The notes under the pieces: model-generated
Told to the model about the DNA's origin: nothing
Seen by the model: the letters and a program-made list of their open reading frames with translations, nothing else
The model's database searches: none
Made by a program: the position numbers and the translations under genes
Shown: positions 1-9,857 of the stretch, one piece after another
Layout of the letters: each line of letters begins with the position of its first letter
How positions within the stretch are numbered: position 1 is the first letter of the stretch
From: Patescibacteria group bacterium
Lineage (GTDB): Bacteria > Patescibacteriota > Microgenomatia > UBA1400 > PJMF01
Assembly: GCA_016861085.1 (NCBI GenBank)
Contig: BOKR01000001.1
Coordinates: forward strand, 323,271-387,270
Direction: 5' to 3'
Length of the DNA: 64,000 nt

Positions 1-358
1 CAAAATATGTTAAGAGCTCTCTAAAAAAAGCACTTGTTTTTGATCATGATTTGATCCTTTTTCCCCAGTTTTCATATAGAGTTATTGACCAGAGAATTGA
101 CAGTTTAAATGCAAAAAAAACTCAAATCATTTTTAGTCACTCAAGGTTCGTTGTTTCAATTATAGTTATGACCATTTTTGCAAGTCTTTTTTTGTTGAAC
201 AAAAGATATGCTATGGCTGCAGTTGTAGAAGAAAAAATCACTTGCAGTTTATATAACTGTGTCAGAGATTGTGTTGTGTATGAATTTAGAAATCAGCCGT
301 TAATGTCGGAGGTTAACTATAGTTTCGATCGATAATTATTTGTGCCTCTAGTATATAA

Positions 359-1357
359 TTGAATCTGATGAATCCACACCTCTCAAATAAATATTCGCTA
401 AATTCCGTCGGAAGAGAAATCACAACTAAAGTTCCTATTGCTTTACCAGGCCAGTCTATTAGTTCAGTTTCTAGTAAACTTCATGAATTTGCAGAGACTT
501 CTACAAGTATTAACTATATATATGTTGTTGACGAAGAAAAGAACTTACATGGGGTGCTCTCAGTTAAAGAGTTGCTTAGGGACGAAACGCACACATTGAT
601 CAAAGAGATCATGACTAAAAATCTTGTTGTTACTCATGTTCAGGTTAACCGAAAGCGCGCTGCTCATCTCGCAATAAAGCATAATATCAAGGCTGTACCT
701 GTTCTTGATGAGAACAAAAAATTTGTTGGGGTTTTAACCAGCGATAAAATACTGGCTATTTTATATGAAGAACATAAAAAAAAACTCTACCGATCTGCTG
801 GTATTATTATTTTTCCAGGGAAATTCGGTACGATTCTTGAACAAGGGGTATGGCACGCTTTTATTTCTAGGCTGCCATGGATAATCGTAGGTTTAGTTGG
901 AGGAATTTTTGCGGCTCAAATTTTCGAAATTTTTGAAGGAGTAATAGAAAAGAATCTGATTTTAGCTGCATTTGTCCCGCTTGTTGTTTATATTAGTAGT
1001 GCTGTTGGTACACAGACTCAGACTTTTTTTGTAAGAGATATTGCTTTTAATCCAAAATTAGATTTGGTTCCATATTTGATCAAACAATTTATTACCTCTT
1101 CTTTAATTGGTCTTATCTGTTGGGGGATTGTGTTGTTACTGGTTTCTCTTTTTTGGAACTCCTTTTTTATTGGGCTAGTTATTGGTTTGGCAATATTTGT
1201 TGCAATGTCTTTGTCTACTATTGTTGCAATCGGAATTCCATATATTTTGACACTAAAAAAACAAGACCCAGCATCTGGGAGTGGACCTTTTGCAACAATA
1301 CTACAAGACTTGATAAGTATTTTTATTTATTTTTTAATCGCCTCAGCGCTACTCTAA
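359..1357 (+). CDS. mgtE: Mg2+ transporter MgtE-like (CBS pair + MgtE membrane domain, N-domain absent)
   Basis: 332-aa ORF. Tandem CBS-like segments (VVDEEKNLHGVLSVKELL and VPVLDENKKFVGVLTSDKIL) are followed by about 5 TM helices as in the MgtE C-terminal domain. Start is TTG at 359 or ATG at 368, with a TATAAT-like box at 353-358. Confidence 0.7.
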   Translation: MNLMNPHLSNKYSLNSVGREITTKVPIALPGQSISSVSSKLHEFAETSTSINYIYVVDEEKNLHGVLSVKELLRDETHTLIKEIMTKNLVVTHVQVNRKRAAHLAIKHNIKAVPVLDENKKFVGVLTSDKILAILYEEHKKKLYRSAGIIIFPGKFGTILEQGVWHAFISRLPWIIVGLVGGIFAAQIFEIFEGVIEKNLILAAFVPLVVYISSAVGTQTQTFFVRDIAFNPKLDLVPYLIKQFITSSLIGLICWGIVLLLVSLFWNSFFIGLVIGLAIFVAMSLSTIVAIGIPYILTLKKQDPASGSGPFATILQDLISIFIYFLIASALL

Positions 1358-1401
1358 ACATTGCATTAATTGATCTATTTTGATATTATTTTATTCCTAA
1401 T

Positions 1402-1998
1402 ATGAAAAAGATTATTGTTTCCCCAGAAACTCGAGAGCGGCAAGATAATTTACTCATTGCAGACTTTCGAAATGGGGGCGCTTATGCAAATGCTGTCCTT
1501 TTCAATTACTTGGTCGCACTAGCTTGGCATGTGGCTAGAGCTAATCCTCTTATTATGGAATCTGATGGAAACTTTGGTAAATTTGCTTTCAAACAGATTG
1601 GTAAGAGAGATTTGGCACTCTCTACAAACTCAATCCCTGAATCAAGGGGTTTCCATAAAGTATATACGCCAGAGGTCGGTGAAATACTTGAAGTCTGTGG
1701 TTTTCATGGGAGTGATCGCGGCTCATTTCAGATTCCCGTTGAGGTAATTGAAATATGCGCAGACGGAAGAATTTTAGTTGAGGTAATTCCGATGGTAGGA
1801 TTAAAAGAGAAGAAAAAGTTACAAAGAAGAAGAAAACTTGTCCCAGGTGATTATGCTAAGTTGTTACAACTTGGGATGAGTAGTAGTCCCGCGTTGACAC
1901 CAGATAATAAAGTAGCAGGTTTGTTGGTAGCACCAGCACCAGGTGACTTTGAGGGCCAAAGAGCCTATTTAGAGCCAGCAACAGCATTGTTGAAATAA
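1402..1998 (+). CDS. hypothetical protein
   Basis: 198-aa ORF with uniform codon usage and no recognisable motif. Confidence 0.5.
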   Translation: MKKIIVSPETRERQDNLLIADFRNGGAYANAVLFNYLVALAWHVARANPLIMESDGNFGKFAFKQIGKRDLALSTNSIPESRGFHKVYTPEVGEILEVCGFHGSDRGSFQIPVEVIEICADGRILVEVIPMVGLKEKKKLQRRRKLVPGDYAKLLQLGMSSSPALTPDNKVAGLLVAPAPGDFEGQRAYLEPATALLK

Positions 1999-2049
1999 TT
2001 TTCAATAAAAAGGATTGGCAAAGGGCATAAAAACTGCTATTGTTAAATC

Positions 2050-2880
2050 ATGCAATTTTTACTAGAACACAAAAAAACATTTGTAGTTGGAGTTTTAATT
2101 TTTCTGATTTCATCAAGCTTAACCTTTGCTTTTTTTGCTTCTAAAGAAAAAGAAGTCTCTCCTGAGGTTTTGTCATTACGTCAAGAAGTTGAAAAACAAA
2201 ATCTTGTCAATGAGGTTGATACTGTTTTAGAACCAGAACAAGAAAGAACAGATTTGCTTTTGCCAGATATGTCTATTAAGACGCCAGTGCAGCTGTATAT
2301 AGCTGGGAATCAGTCGTCAAAGAAACTTCGATTTAATACAACTTTTGTAAACCTTGGTCCGGGTCCTCTTGAGGTCCTAGGTCACTCTGACCTAGAAAAT
2401 GGTCTAACTCATGCAGCCCAATATATCTTTGCAAAAGGCGCACCGGGGGAATATAGAAATATCGGTAGTTTCGAATTGCACCCAACTCACAACCATTGGC
2501 ATGTGGCAAATCATGTTCGATACCAACTCTGGTCTATAAATGAACAAGGACAAGAACAGACAATGTTAGCTGACACTGGCAAAATGAGTTTTTGTTTATG
2601 GGATGAACACACTAACGACTTAACAATTCCAAGTGCACCGCAAACCCGAGTGTACGCCCGAATTTGTAATAGGGTTACCCAAGGAATGTCAGTTGGATGG
2701 GGAGATACATATGCGGCTAATGTCGATGGGCAGGAGTTGGATATAACAAATATTCCTGATGGGGAATATATCTTGCGTTTCGAAGTTAATCCTGATCGTA
2801 AAATTTATGAAGTTACTTACGACAATAACCTAGGAGAGTTAAGAGTGAAAATAGCGGGTTTTAAGGTTACACCATTATAA
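2050..2880 (+). CDS. lysyl oxidase-like copper amine oxidase (LOX catalytic domain) with N-terminal membrane anchor
   Basis: His cluster HPTHNHWHV matches the LOX copper site (WEWHSCHQHYH). KMSFCLWDEHTND matches LOX KASFCLEDTSCD, which carries the Lys of the LTQ cofactor. GWGDTYAANVDGQELDITNIPDGEYILRFEVNPD matches LOX [33 protein letters not shown], which carries the Tyr of LTQ. Residues about 10-30 form a hydrophobic anchor. Confidence 0.7.
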   Translation: MQFLLEHKKTFVVGVLIFLISSSLTFAFFASKEKEVSPEVLSLRQEVEKQNLVNEVDTVLEPEQERTDLLLPDMSIKTPVQLYIAGNQSSKKLRFNTTFVNLGPGPLEVLGHSDLENGLTHAAQYIFAKGAPGEYRNIGSFELHPTHNHWHVANHVRYQLWSINEQGQEQTMLADTGKMSFCLWDEHTNDLTIPSAPQTRVYARICNRVTQGMSVGWGDTYAANVDGQELDITNIPDGEYILRFEVNPDRKIYEVTYDNNLGELRVKIAGFKVTPL

Positions 2881-2883
2881 TTC

Positions 2884-3705
2884 ATGAGAAAAATAAATAG
2901 TATTATTTTTATATCTATTCTTATTGGTTTTTTTTTAATTCTTTCTCAAAAATCAAAAAAAAACCAAACCGAAGTTTTTATTGAACCTGCGGAACCCTCT
3001 CCTACTCCTTTCACGCAATATCAAGTTCCTAAAATACCGAATAAGAAAGAAACGACAATAATTTTTGTTGGTGACTCAATGACGTTGGCCCTTGGCCCTC
3101 ACCCTTCTTACTTCAGCGGATTGATGAATGACAAATTTGATAAAATTTTTGCAATTGATAACTATAGCGAAGGGTCTGTAAGTGTTCTTTCGTTAGATAG
3201 ATTGCTAAAAGAAAAAACTAATATTGGTGAGTTGAAGGAAAATCCCATTATTAATCGTAAATTCGATATAATTATCATCGAATCTTTTGGACATAATCCA
3301 CTTTCTCAATTTCCCTTAGATGAGGGATTGGCTAGGCAAGAGGAAGTTTTAGATGCTGCTATGATTGAGTTGATTAACACTCGCCCAGAATCAGTAATTA
3401 TTTTTTTGGCAACAATTGCACCAGATGAAGTAAATTATGCAAATACAAGTGTTGGTCTATCTACTGAGTCGAGTAAGGAGTTTGCAATAGAACGTAAAAA
3501 ATACATTGAAAATTTTATTGCGTATGCTAGGGAGCATAGTATCCCGCTTGTAAATATTTATGAGCAGTCATTTACTGCTGATGGAAGAGTTAAACCTGAA
3601 CTAATAAATCCAGACGATAATATCCATCCTTCACAGCTTGGTATTGAATTGATTCAGACGGCAGTGTTCAACCATATTGTGGAAAATAATTACTTGACTG
3701 AATAG
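2884..3705 (+). CDS. SGNH/GDSL-family hydrolase (secreted or membrane-anchored)
   Basis: Block I FVGDSMT and C-terminal DNIHP (Asp-His of the triad) are present, with an N-terminal hydrophobic segment. Confidence 0.65.
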   Translation: MRKINSIIFISILIGFFLILSQKSKKNQTEVFIEPAEPSPTPFTQYQVPKIPNKKETTIIFVGDSMTLALGPHPSYFSGLMNDKFDKIFAIDNYSEGSVSVLSLDRLLKEKTNIGELKENPIINRKFDIIIIESFGHNPLSQFPLDEGLARQEEVLDAAMIELINTRPESVIIFLATIAPDEVNYANTSVGLSTESSKEFAIERKKYIENFIAYAREHSIPLVNIYEQSFTADGRVKPELINPDDNIHPSQLGIELIQTAVFNHIVENNYLTE

Positions 3706-3760
3706 TTATTTTTTTATAGTGAATGTAAACTCTAGCCAGTTAGTTGTTGTCTGCTTTTAC

Positions 3761-4303
3761 TCATAGTTGAAACTGCGTGGGGAGCATGACTCTTTCATGT
3801 TTGAGAGTGTCTAAATCTAAGATTACAAAACTGCTTTCTTTGTCTGCTGCTTGTGGCAGCCATTTGTCTTTTGTAACAGTGTTGCCAGGATTAATAAAAA
3901 GTGAAGTGCCATATTCAATAACTCTGTATTGGTGGTCATGACCACCAATGATAATGTCAAAGTCGCCCGATTTAGCAACAGGTTCACCGATTGATGAATA
4001 GTGATTCATGAATATTTTTCTACCTTCAACCTCTAGTTGTAATTCGTTACCATGACAGGTTAGATTTTGAGCAGCATTTGCCCTTCTCTCTATTAGAGTA
4101 TGTTCACCATCATTATTTCCAAAAACAAAGTGCAAGTGACCATAATAGTGTTCTGCAAAGCGTCTCACAACACCAGGGTTAATCATATCACCAGCATGGA
4201 AGGCAACTTTTATTTTTTTTTCATTAAGATACTCAATAATCCAAACTATTGCTGGGGTATTGTCATGTGTGTCAGAAAGGATTGCTATTTTCATGGTTTT
4301 CAT
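3761..4303 (-). CDS. metallophosphoesterase (YfcE/MJ0936-like)
   Basis: Motifs ILSDTHDN, HAGDM, GNNDGE, GGHDHQ and NPG are present. Confidence 0.8.
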   Translation of the reverse strand: MKTMKIAILSDTHDNTPAIVWIIEYLNEKKIKVAFHAGDMINPGVVRRFAEHYYGHLHFVFGNNDGEHTLIERRANAAQNLTCHGNELQLEVEGRKIFMNHYSSIGEPVAKSGDFDIIIGGHDHQYRVIEYGTSLFINPGNTVTKDKWLPQAADKESSFVILDLDTLKHERVMLPTQFQL

Positions 4304-4375
4304 TATATTCTATGTGTTACCTTTTTGCCTACGAGGTGTTTGGACGAAGTTCTGACCTGTTGTAACATTGCTATA

Positions 4376-5236
4376 CTAAAGGAATAAAAGTAACAACCCA
4401 GCAGTTACTCCAAATATTCCGATCATTTTTCTTACTGATAATTCATCTTTAAAAAAGAAAGCAGAGGCGAGCGTGAGTAAAGAAATTGAGGCAGCATTGG
4501 CAGCATTTACAAAACCCACATTCGGGGCCAGATTAAACCCAACTTGCATAAAGTAATTAAAACTTGCACCAAAAATACCGATCAGCAATAGTGTAATGAG
4601 TTGATCTTTGGAAACCTTTTTCCATTCCACTTTCTTGTACAGTATTTCACCAAAAATAAGTACTGTTACAACTATCATTGAAAGAATTAATCTTGTGAGG
4701 ATTGGAACACCCATATTTAGAAGGTATTTCGAACTTAAAGCCAGAAAACCCCAACAAAAAAAAGCACCCATAGTATACGGGAACCACAATTTATTAGATG
4801 TAGTTTTGCTTTTATTTTTGTCAATTGTAATTAAAGCTGAGAACAAAATTATTAATATAATTGCTGTTGCTGTTTTAATTGTCAGTGGAGCAGAAAAAAT
4901 AAAAATTGATGCTATAGCTGTGAATACAACATAACTTTTTGAAATAATGAGACTATATCCAGGGTTTGGGGCATACTCGATCCCTTTCAATGAAAATACA
5001 TTCCCAAGATAACTGAAGAAAATACCCTGAATTAAAATGAGTAAGTATTCGAACGGTTTAAGTGTAAAATTAACTGGGGTCCTGACTATTAATATCATAT
5101 ATACAAGTACAGGTATCAGAAACATAGCCAGGTTATTTAGTTGTTGAGGTGTTTTTAATGAATTGCTCTTTCGTACATAAAGATACAAAGCTACTGAACT
5201 AACAAACATGAGTAAGCTGGCAATAATCCAATTCAT
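4376..5236 (-). CDS. DMT/EamA-like permease, about 10 TM helices
   Basis: 286-aa polytopic membrane protein with a two-half architecture. Confidence 0.5.
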   Translation of the reverse strand: MNWIIASLLMFVSSVALYLYVRKSNSLKTPQQLNNLAMFLIPVLVYMILIVRTPVNFTLKPFEYLLILIQGIFFSYLGNVFSLKGIEYAPNPGYSLIISKSYVVFTAIASIFIFSAPLTIKTATAIILIILFSALITIDKNKSKTTSNKLWFPYTMGAFFCWGFLALSSKYLLNMGVPILTRLILSMIVVTVLIFGEILYKKVEWKKVSKDQLITLLLIGIFGASFNYFMQVGFNLAPNVGFVNAANAASISLLTLASAFFFKDELSVRKMIGIFGVTAGLLLLFL

Positions 5237-5370
5237 AGGTTCAGTGCAAAATCTTTCTTATTCATCAACTGTATTTTAACAGCTTTTGATGTCGGGTGCA
5301 GGTGGAGCTGATAAAGCTCAGAGTCAACTCATTAGCAGAAATTAGGTAAAGTACTTAAACTAGAGAAATG

Positions 5371-6330
5371 CTACTTTTGTAATGTCCATCCAGGACCAGT
5401 GAATATCTCAAAAAACACAAACAAAAAATAAATAAATATTAAAATCGAACCTTCAATTCTTGATATAGTCTTTCTACTTTTTGCAAAGTAGAGAAAAAGT
5501 ACTAAACCTACTAAGAAAACTGTGATTGAAAAATTTGATCCCAAAGCGGGTATCGGTTTTGTACTTATCAGTCCCAACAAGCCTAACTCCAAAGTATTGA
5601 AAGTTGCAGAGCCTAAGTAGTTCCCAAATGCAATGTCCTTTTTCTTTGCCAAAACCGCACGAACTGCTATGGACAGTTCTGGTATATTTGTTCCAACAGA
5701 AATCACCAGAATACTAATAATAAATTGCGAAGCTCCGAAATAATCTGCAAGGAAGGTTGTTTGTTTAACTAATATATTACTAGCAGAAAACACCAATACA
5801 ATTGCAACTAAGATTTTAGCCAAACTGATATAAATCGTTGATCGAGAAAAATTAATTGCCACAAGCTTACTTAAAGATCTTTTATTTTTTTCTTGAATAA
5901 AAGCAAAATAACCATACAGTACCAAACAAATGAGTATATCAACTAAAGTAATTCTATTATCTAGTGTTAATAAGGCAGGAACCCCAACAACCAAAGCAGC
6001 AGTAACTAAATCTTTAAAATTAAATGAGTAATTGAGATTTACACCATTTCCCATTACTGCTAACAGTGGTACTACAAGCATAAACATGACGATTGAGCTG
6101 CCGACCAAATTTCCAACATAAATTTCTGGTTGGTTGGTGATAACAGCGTTAATTCCGACCATTATTTCAGTCAGTGAAGTGAAAAGTCCCATTATAAAAA
6201 ATGAGACAAAAAAAGAAGACATCCGTAGGCTGTGAGATATTTTAGTGATAGCACCAACGGCTAAACCTGACCCCACCCACAAAAGAGTAAACGAAAGGAA
6301 AAATAATCCTAAGTTTGATTCTAATTCCAT
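5371..6330 (-). CDS. Ca2+/cation antiporter (CaCA family, YrbG-like)
   Basis: Two alpha-repeat motifs are present (GNLVGSSIVMF and GTNIPELSIAVRAV), with about 10 TM helices. Confidence 0.7.
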   Translation of the reverse strand: MELESNLGLFFLSFTLLWVGSGLAVGAITKISHSLRMSSFFVSFFIMGLFTSLTEIMVGINAVITNQPEIYVGNLVGSSIVMFMLVVPLLAVMGNGVNLNYSFNFKDLVTAALVVGVPALLTLDNRITLVDILICLVLYGYFAFIQEKNKRSLSKLVAINFSRSTIYISLAKILVAIVLVFSASNILVKQTTFLADYFGASQFIISILVISVGTNIPELSIAVRAVLAKKKDIAFGNYLGSATFNTLELGLLGLISTKPIPALGSNFSITVFLVGLVLFLYFAKSRKTISRIEGSILIFIYFLFVFFEIFTGPGWTLQK

Positions 6331-6409
6331 GAGTATGATTATGCCAGTTATAATGGAAATAGGCTAAACCAAAATAGTAGTGGGCATTTTATTTAAGGTT
6401 AAAAGGATG

Positions 6410-6484
6410 GGTGGTATACCGGGTTCGAACCGGCGACCTCCGCTGCCACAGAGCGGCGCTCTAACCAACTGAGCTAATACCACC
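6410..6484 (-). tRNA. tRNA-His (anticodon GTG), G-1:C73, CCA not encoded
   Basis: Reverse complement folds as a cloverleaf: acceptor GTGGTAT/ATACCAC with an extra 5' G, D-arm GCTC-AGTTGGTTA-GAGC, anticodon stem CCGCT/AGCGG with loop CTGTGGC, T-arm GCCGG-TTCGAAC-CCGGT. Confidence 0.8.
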
Positions 6485-6526
6485 ATTTACTTTTTAAGAA
6501 GTAACTTCTTATAGAAGCCACTCATG

Positions 6527-6600
6527 TGCGCCCAGTGTGACTCGAACACACGACCTACGGCTTAGAAGGCAGTCGCTCTATCCAACTGAGCTATGGGCGC
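6527..6600 (-). tRNA. tRNA-Arg (anticodon TCT)
   Basis: Reverse complement has acceptor GCGCCCA/TGGGCGC, D-arm GCTC-AGTTGGATA-GAGC, anticodon loop CTTCTAA and T-arm GTGTG-TTCGAGT-CACAC. The anticodon stem has one U.C mismatch at 29:41. Confidence 0.65.
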
Positions 6601-6655
6601 TCTGATAATAAGGAGTATATTATACCATAAAATCAGGTGGTACAATTCAGCACAG

Positions 6656-8014
6656 ATGAGATATACATCTAACATTTTTATCATTTATTTAAGCATTGGT
6701 ATTATTTTGACAGTGCTTGGTTTTATGGGACTTTTACATCCATTGATTTTGGCAACAATTTTCTTTATTTTGTGTACTCTTTTAGTATTTCTGCTGTGTC
6801 ATTTTCTCTATAAGTTACCAAATTTAAAAAAAGATGAGTTACTGTTGACATATGTCTTAGTTGCAATCTGGTTGCTTCACTTTCTGCAAGTAGTAGTGCC
6901 AGAAACAGGTTTTGATGCGGTATGGTATCATTTGCCGGTAATAAGCAAAGTCTATGAAGCTCAAAGTTTGGTTTTTTTGCCAGAGCTATATCAGTCAGTT
7001 AATCCACTTTTTTCTGATTTATACTTTTTAACAGGATACTCAGTTTTGGGAGATACCGGAACAAAATTAATAGCATATATTTTTGGAGTATTGCTTATTT
7101 GTGTAACATACTGTTTATCAAGGTTATTCTTATCTCGAAAGTTTTCCATTCTTATCGCCTTAGTTGTCTCAACTTTTCAAGTAATTGCATGGCAATCTGC
7201 AAGTTTTTATATAGATGTTGCAAAAGCTTTTTTTGAACTGTCGGGATTATTTTTTATTTTTTATTCAGTTACGCAGAAAAATAAGAAGAAGTTTTGGGGT
7301 CTTGCTTTTTTTTCTGCAAGTTTGGCGTCAAAGGTATTCTCGCTTTTATTAGTGCCATTTTTTATTTTTAGTTTCGGACTAAAAGAGTTTTTCTCAATGA
7401 GAGTTGTATTGTATTTAGTTATTCTGTTCGGAATTCCGTTATTTTATTTTTATTTTGCATATATTCATACTGGCAATCCACTTTATTCAGTTTTTATACA
7501 TGTAGACAAATTGCAAGAAATTTCAGGAGAAGGTTCAGTTTTGCAATTGATTTTATATAAGGTTATTTCCTTACCAAAATCAATACTCATATTTACAACA
7601 GCTAGAGATTATGTGAATCCTATGTTACTTTTATTTTTTATTCCGATATTGTTGAAAATGAAATCAATAATGCAAGAAAAAAAATTACAGGTTTTGTTGC
7701 TTTTTTCAGTAGCACAATGGTTACTTTGGTGGTTTGTTCCACCGGTTTCAACACGATATGCTCTTTCAGGTTTTATAACGCTCTTACTATTGGGAGTTAT
7801 TGTTGTAAAAAAGCAGTATGTAAAAACAAAGCAACAAGAAAAATATTTTTTTCTTGTTTTACTATTTTTTGCACTATTAGCGGTAGTGCCAAGAGTTATT
7901 GTAGCTCATCGCAGTTTACAATATATTCTTGGTTTTCAGAATCAAAAAGAATACCTCAATCAGTTTTATGATGGGTCAATAGATGAAAAAATCAAAACTT
8001 GGTATAAGTTGTAA
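6656..8014 (+). CDS. polytopic integral membrane protein (possibly GT-C/ArnT-like glycosyltransferase; function uncertain)
   Basis: At least 12 predicted TM helices. The tool start at 6593 overlaps tRNA-Arg, so the first in-frame ATG after the tRNA (6656) is used. Confidence 0.45.
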   Translation: MRYTSNIFIIYLSIGIILTVLGFMGLLHPLILATIFFILCTLLVFLLCHFLYKLPNLKKDELLLTYVLVAIWLLHFLQVVVPETGFDAVWYHLPVISKVYEAQSLVFLPELYQSVNPLFSDLYFLTGYSVLGDTGTKLIAYIFGVLLICVTYCLSRLFLSRKFSILIALVVSTFQVIAWQSASFYIDVAKAFFELSGLFFIFYSVTQKNKKKFWGLAFFSASLASKVFSLLLVPFFIFSFGLKEFFSMRVVLYLVILFGIPLFYFYFAYIHTGNPLYSVFIHVDKLQEISGEGSVLQLILYKVISLPKSILIFTTARDYVNPMLLLFFIPILLKMKSIMQEKKLQVLLLFSVAQWLLWWFVPPVSTRYALSGFITLLLLGVIVVKKQYVKTKQQEKYFFLVLLFFALLAVVPRVIVAHRSLQYILGFQNQKEYLNQFYDGSIDEKIKTWYKL

Positions 8015-8024
8015 GTGTCAAAGC

Positions 8025-8291
8025 TTATCTAGCTGCTTTTTTTACTTTTTTTGAAACAACTTTGGCTTCAGACTTTGCAGCTTTTGCTGCCTTAAGTCCT
8101 TCTCTTTTTGCTGTTTTTGCAAGCCTTTTGCCTTCAGTTTTTGCAACTCTGACAACTTTTTTTGCCTTTACTTGTACTTTTTTGGCAACTTCAACGGTTT
8201 TTTTTCTGTTTTCTTCTTTAGAAAAGAATAAAGCAGCAGCGCCCAACGCTATACCAGTTAATAATGTGCCCAGACCACCTTTTTTTCCCAT
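8025..8291 (-). CDS. small Lys/Ala-rich protein with N-terminal TM helix
   Basis: 88-aa ORF with hydrophobic N-terminus GLGTLLTGIALGAAALFF followed by KKV/AKK repeats. Confidence 0.4.
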   Translation of the reverse strand: MGKKGGLGTLLTGIALGAAALFFSKEENRKKTVEVAKKVQVKAKKVVRVAKTEGKRLAKTAKREGLKAAKAAKSEAKVVSKKVKKAAR

Positions 8292-8321
8292 ATATTCTCC
8301 TTTACTACTAATATTAGTATA

Positions 8322-9755
8322 CTAGGGAATCTGTAATATTGACAAGGTATTGGTTAGTCCCGGCTTTTTCCAAAAAGTACCATGAATGAGTAGAATGCTA
8401 TCACCAGATTTTGCAATACCTAGTTCTGCAAGTTGGTCTAAAATTTTATTGGAACTCTCTAAATGGATTCCTGTCGGCAACTCTACAATATGTGGGGTTA
8501 CATTAAAGAGTAAACTCATTTTTCTGTATGTTTGCATATTGCTAGTCAAGACGTGAACTGGTACATGTGGTCTAAACCGAGAAATATTTCGAGCTGTTTG
8601 ACCAGTTTCGGTTAAGCAAACAATCTTATCAATGTCAATTTTATTAGTGCTTAGGTTTGAGATCTCTAGCAGCGAGATAGCAGCATGAGTGATATATGCA
8701 CTTTCATCAGTGTCTTGAGTTTTGATTGGAACTGGCCGAGCGTATTGCTCATTGAATGCAGCGATTTTTGCTTGTGTTTCAACGGCTTTAACGGGATATT
8801 TTCCAATTGTTGTTTCTTCAGAAAGCATAATAGCATCAGTGCCATCATAGATTGCATTAGCCACATCACTTACCTCTGCCCTAGTAGGAACTGGGTTTTC
8901 AACCATTGATTTCAACATTTGGGTAGCGGTAATAACAGGTATGGCTTTTTCTCTAGATTTTGTAATCAAAACTTTTTGCCAATGGGTCAATTCTTCAAAT
9001 GGAACTTCAACTGCTAAATCACCACGAGCGACCATAACTGCATCACTCACATCTAAGATTTCATCTAAGTTCTCAATTGCTTGTTGATTCTCAATTTTGG
9101 CAACAATTGCTGCCTCAAGTCTTCTTTTTGCTAACTCTGTTTTTAAAATAGCAATATCTTGTGCATTTCGAACAAATGACAACCCAACAAAATCGATTAG
9201 ATCATTGTTGGCACCATCAAGTTGAACCAAATCAGCAGGAATCAAAGAAGGTAAATCAATTGATATTCCTGGTGTATTAAGCGTTTTTCGTTGTTTGACA
9301 TCAAATGTACCTTTGGCCATACAGATAATATGGTCAGAATGTTTCTCAACAATTTCAAATTGACCAATACCATCATCGATGGAAATCTCATGCCCAACTT
9401 CAAGTGAATCAACAACAATTTGTGGAATGTATGGAGTTTTTGGGCTTTTATTTTTTTCATCAGAAGTGAAAGAAACTTTATCACCTGGCTTTACGGCAAA
9501 TGGCTCATCGGTAGGTAGTGTAATTCTGATCTCTGGACCTTGCAGATCTAACAAAATACCAACACATTTACCCATTTCCTCTGCAACTTTTCTAACTCGC
9601 CTCATTCTTACTTGGTGCCATTCTGGGGTGCCGTGTTTTGTGTTAAAACGTGCTACATCCATACCTGCGCTGATCAACTCTCGAATGGTTTCTTCTGTCT
9701 CAGTTGCTGGTCCTATAGTTGCGACAATTTTGGTAGATTTTTTCATAAGCCTCAT
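8322..9755 (-). CDS. pyk: pyruvate kinase
   Basis: N-terminus TKIVATIGPA and internal MVARGDLAVE block, full length 477 aa. Confidence 0.9.
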   Translation of the reverse strand: MRLMKKSTKIVATIGPATETEETIRELISAGMDVARFNTKHGTPEWHQVRMRRVRKVAEEMGKCVGILLDLQGPEIRITLPTDEPFAVKPGDKVSFTSDEKNKSPKTPYIPQIVVDSLEVGHEISIDDGIGQFEIVEKHSDHIICMAKGTFDVKQRKTLNTPGISIDLPSLIPADLVQLDGANNDLIDFVGLSFVRNAQDIAILKTELAKRRLEAAIVAKIENQQAIENLDEILDVSDAVMVARGDLAVEVPFEELTHWQKVLITKSREKAIPVITATQMLKSMVENPVPTRAEVSDVANAIYDGTDAIMLSEETTIGKYPVKAVETQAKIAAFNEQYARPVPIKTQDTDESAYITHAAISLLEISNLSTNKIDIDKIVCLTETGQTARNISRFRPHVPVHVLTSNMQTYRKMSLLFNVTPHIVELPTGIHLESSNKILDQLAELGIAKSGDSILLIHGTFWKKPGLTNTLSILQIP

Positions 9756-9857
9756 TATACTACTCTGGAATCCTCAGGGCTAGCCTTGCAATTACACTTG
9801 AGTATTTGGGGACAATGCTTTAGAGTGTTATCTGATACAGATTGTAGAAAGGTTAGT

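Noticed and set aside
51-335. 94-aa ORF upstream of mgtE; considered as a gene or as an M-box riboswitch leader
   Set aside because: Incoherent hydrophobic and low-complexity translation, and no match to the M-box consensus that I can see. It is more likely a non-coding leader or promoter region.
1120-1383. Assorted small overlapping ORFs (for example 1120-1383, 4100-4387, 8062-8325, 11042-11257, 16184-16417, 26253-26758, 28984-29298, 58986-59417)
   Set aside because: They lie entirely inside well-supported genes on the opposite strand or in another frame, and have composition typical of frame shadows.
6593-6655. 5' extension of the membrane-protein ORF
   Set aside because: It overlaps tRNA-Arg on the opposite strand. 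The first ATG after the tRNA was used instead.
9379-9857. ORFs 9379-9783 and the 5' part of 9612-10373 overlapping pyk
   Set aside because: These are antisense and out-of-frame shadows of the pyruvate kinase gene. The real downstream gene starts at ATG 9858.
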